Source: an uncultured Gammaproteobacteria bacterium
Lineage (GTDB): Bacteria > Patescibacteriota > Patescibacteriia > Patescibacteriales > GWE2-39-37
Reading direction: 5' to 3'
Length of the DNA: 64,000 nucleotides
Assembly (NCBI GenBank): GCA_964443495.1
Contig: CAYUCS010000003.1
Span: forward strand, 68,031 to 132,030
The translations under genes were made by a program, and so were the position numbers. The notes below the pieces were generated by a model. It was given only the letters and a program-made list of their open reading frames with translations. It searched no databases and was not told where the DNA came from. Every line of letters begins with the position of its first letter. Position 1 is the first letter of the stretch. Below are positions 62,595 through 64,000 of the stretch, in pieces.

Positions 62595-64000
62595 ATGCTG
62601 AAAAAAATAAATCCGACCAACAAGTATCTAGCAGTCGTCCAGGCGGCGGTAGCTGTGGCGGTTCTGTATCTTACCAGCTGGTACAGTTATATCTTTTTTC
62701 ATAGCTTGGTGGAGATTTTCAGCATCGTGGTGGCTATCGGCATTTTCGTGGTCGGTTGGAACTCGAGGCGGTTCATTGATAATTATTACTTTCTTCTGGT
62801 GGCGATCGCATTCTTGTTCGTCGGTCTTTTTGACCTGCTGCACCTTTTTGCTTATGAAGGCATCGGCGTGCTGAAGATGTCTTCGGTCAACCTGTCTTCC
62901 CAGCTGTGGCTCTGCGCGCGCATTTTCGCCGGAACCTCTTTGCTTATCGCGCCGATTTTCGTAAAAAGGACATTCAATGCGAAGCTGGTTTTCTTTTCGT
63001 ACCTCCTTCTTTTCCTGACAATCCTGTCACTAATCATTCGTTGGCAAATTTTTCCGGATGCTTATACGGAAGCGGGCGGAGTCACTCAATTTCAGATTTA
63101 CGCCGAGTATTTCATAGTCGCCTCGTATGCCGGCGCCCTGGTCCTGCTGTTTCTTAAAAGGAAGAGCTTCAACCATGAGATATATCGGCTGCTAGCCCTT
63201 TCGCTTTGCTCCATGCTTATTATGGAGGGCTTATTGCTGAATCGCTTGGCGCAGTCGGGCTTTGCTAATCTTTTGAGCCATCTTTTTAAGACAGCATCGT
63301 TTTATCTGCTTTATTTGGGAATCATCGAGATGGGCTTGATGAAGCCGTACAGGCTGCTTTTCAAAAACCTTAAAGATGGCGAGAAGGCGCTTAAGCACAG
63401 CGAAGAGCGGTATAGGCTGTTGGTGGAATTTTCTCCCGACGCGATGATCGTCCACGATTTCGGCAAGATAATCTTTGTTAACGCAGCGGCCTTGACCATG
63501 CTTGATGCAAAAACGGAAAATGATCTGGTTGGCAAGGATATTCTGCAATTCGTACACCCTGATTTTAAGGAAGTCATAAGCAATCGAATGGGGCAGCTGA
63601 AGGCCGGTAAGAGTGAGCTGCCGTCTCGTGAGATCCAGATGATATCTTTGCGCGGGCGTGCGATTGATACCGAAATCAAAGGGGTTGTCGTTACGTATGA
63701 AGGAAAGTTGGCCGTGCAGACCATGATTAGGGACATTACCTCCAGGAAACTGGCCCTTGAAGATGCCTCAGATCATGTCGTCATCACAGACAAGGAGGGG
63801 CGCATAATCTATGCCAACAAGGCCGCTGAGCGCATGACGGGCTATGACCGCATGGAGATGATGGGTAAAAGACCCGGACTTTGGGGCAATTGCGCCGGCA
63901 AAAATTTGGACGCCGACATTTCCGTATGCCATCGTGCCTGGGACATGATAAGGCAGGGCAACGCCAGCTTTGTCGGCGAGGTCGTCAATCAGAGGAGGAA
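62595..64000 (+). CDS. MASE3-domain membrane sensor with at least two PAS domains (probable histidine kinase; runs off the window end)
   Basis: My own translation from ATG 62595 is open to position 64000, so the ORF has no stop and is absent from the track. It begins MLKKINPTNKYLAVVQAAV... The MASE3-like core reads FFHSLVEIFSIVVAIGIFVVGWNSRRF...FDLLHLFAYEG...QLWLCARIF. PAS-like segments follow: SEERYRLLVEFSPDAMIVHD... and LEDASDHVVITDKEGRIIYANKAAERMTGY. Confidence 0.8.
   Translation, partial: MLKKINPTNKYLAVVQAAVAVAVLYLTSWYSYIFFHSLVEIFSIVVAIGIFVVGWNSRRFIDNYYFLLVAIAFLFVGLFDLLHLFAYEGIGVLKMSSVNLSSQLWLCARIFAGTSLLIAPIFVKRTFNAKLVFFSYLLLFLTILSLIIRWQIFPDAYTEAGGVTQFQIYAEYFIVASYAGALVLLFLKRKSFNHEIYRLLALSLCSMLIMEGLLLNRLAQSGFANLLSHLFKTASFYLLYLGIIEMGLMKPYRLLFKNLKDGEKALKHSEERYRLLVEFSPDAMIVHDFGKIIFVNAAALTMLDAKTENDLVGKDILQFVHPDFKEVISNRMGQLKAGKSELPSREIQMISLRGRAIDTEIKGVVVTYEGKLAVQTMIRDITSRKLALEDASDHVVITDKEGRIIYANKAAERMTGYDRMEMMGKRPGLWGNCAGKNLDADISVCHRAWDMIRQGNASFVGEVVNQRR

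Overview
This 64-kb window is densely coding chromosome from a small-genome bacterium. The gene content points to a Candidate Phyla Radiation/Patescibacteria-like organism, but this is inference only. The evidence is a short YidC, a VirB2/TrbC-like pilin-family protein, a giant Ig/TSP3 surface protein, GH57 plus GlgA glycogen genes, an archaeal-type PGI/PMI and many perfect A-stem-T hairpin terminators. The window spans the replication-origin region (yidC-yidD-rnpA-rpmH | dnaA-dnaN, with DnaA-box-like motifs and an AT-rich tract between dnaA and dnaN). Core genes include ychF, rpsF-ssb-rpsR, efp, recA, comM, smc, yebC-ruvC, pgi, tsaD, rnhB, trxB and a class A PBP. There are three tRNAs: Glu-UUC, Ala-GGC and Arg-CCU. 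Two blocks look accessory. The first is a seven-gene ruvC-linked alpha-glucan block (2 GlgA, GH57, APH-fold kinase, PHP phosphoesterase, SAM methyltransferase). The second is a csoR-controlled copper operon at 43.1-49.6 kb, followed by DsbA-like, DksA/TraR, SCP/CAP, NRAMP and MarR-MFP-RND genes and a MASE3-PAS sensor that runs off the window. I found no CRISPR array, integrase, transposase, recognisable defence system or recoded stop codon, and I cannot point to one clearly novel multi-gene system. The observations most worth follow-up are: (1) an SMC with normal heads but no recognisable hinge; (2) a CopA with a ninth TM helix and a tandem-repeat extracytoplasmic C-terminal domain; (3) a pair of perfect 20/22-bp palindromes (GTTCCACGTGGAAC core) upstream of trxB; (4) a self-contained promoter-to-terminator unit at 16.25-16.82 kb holding a tiny ORF and a structured RNA-like segment; (5) a 26-nt duplication of the tRNA-Glu 3-prime end; (6) the methyltransferase-containing glucan cluster. 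All homology calls come from reading the translations by eye; no database search was run.
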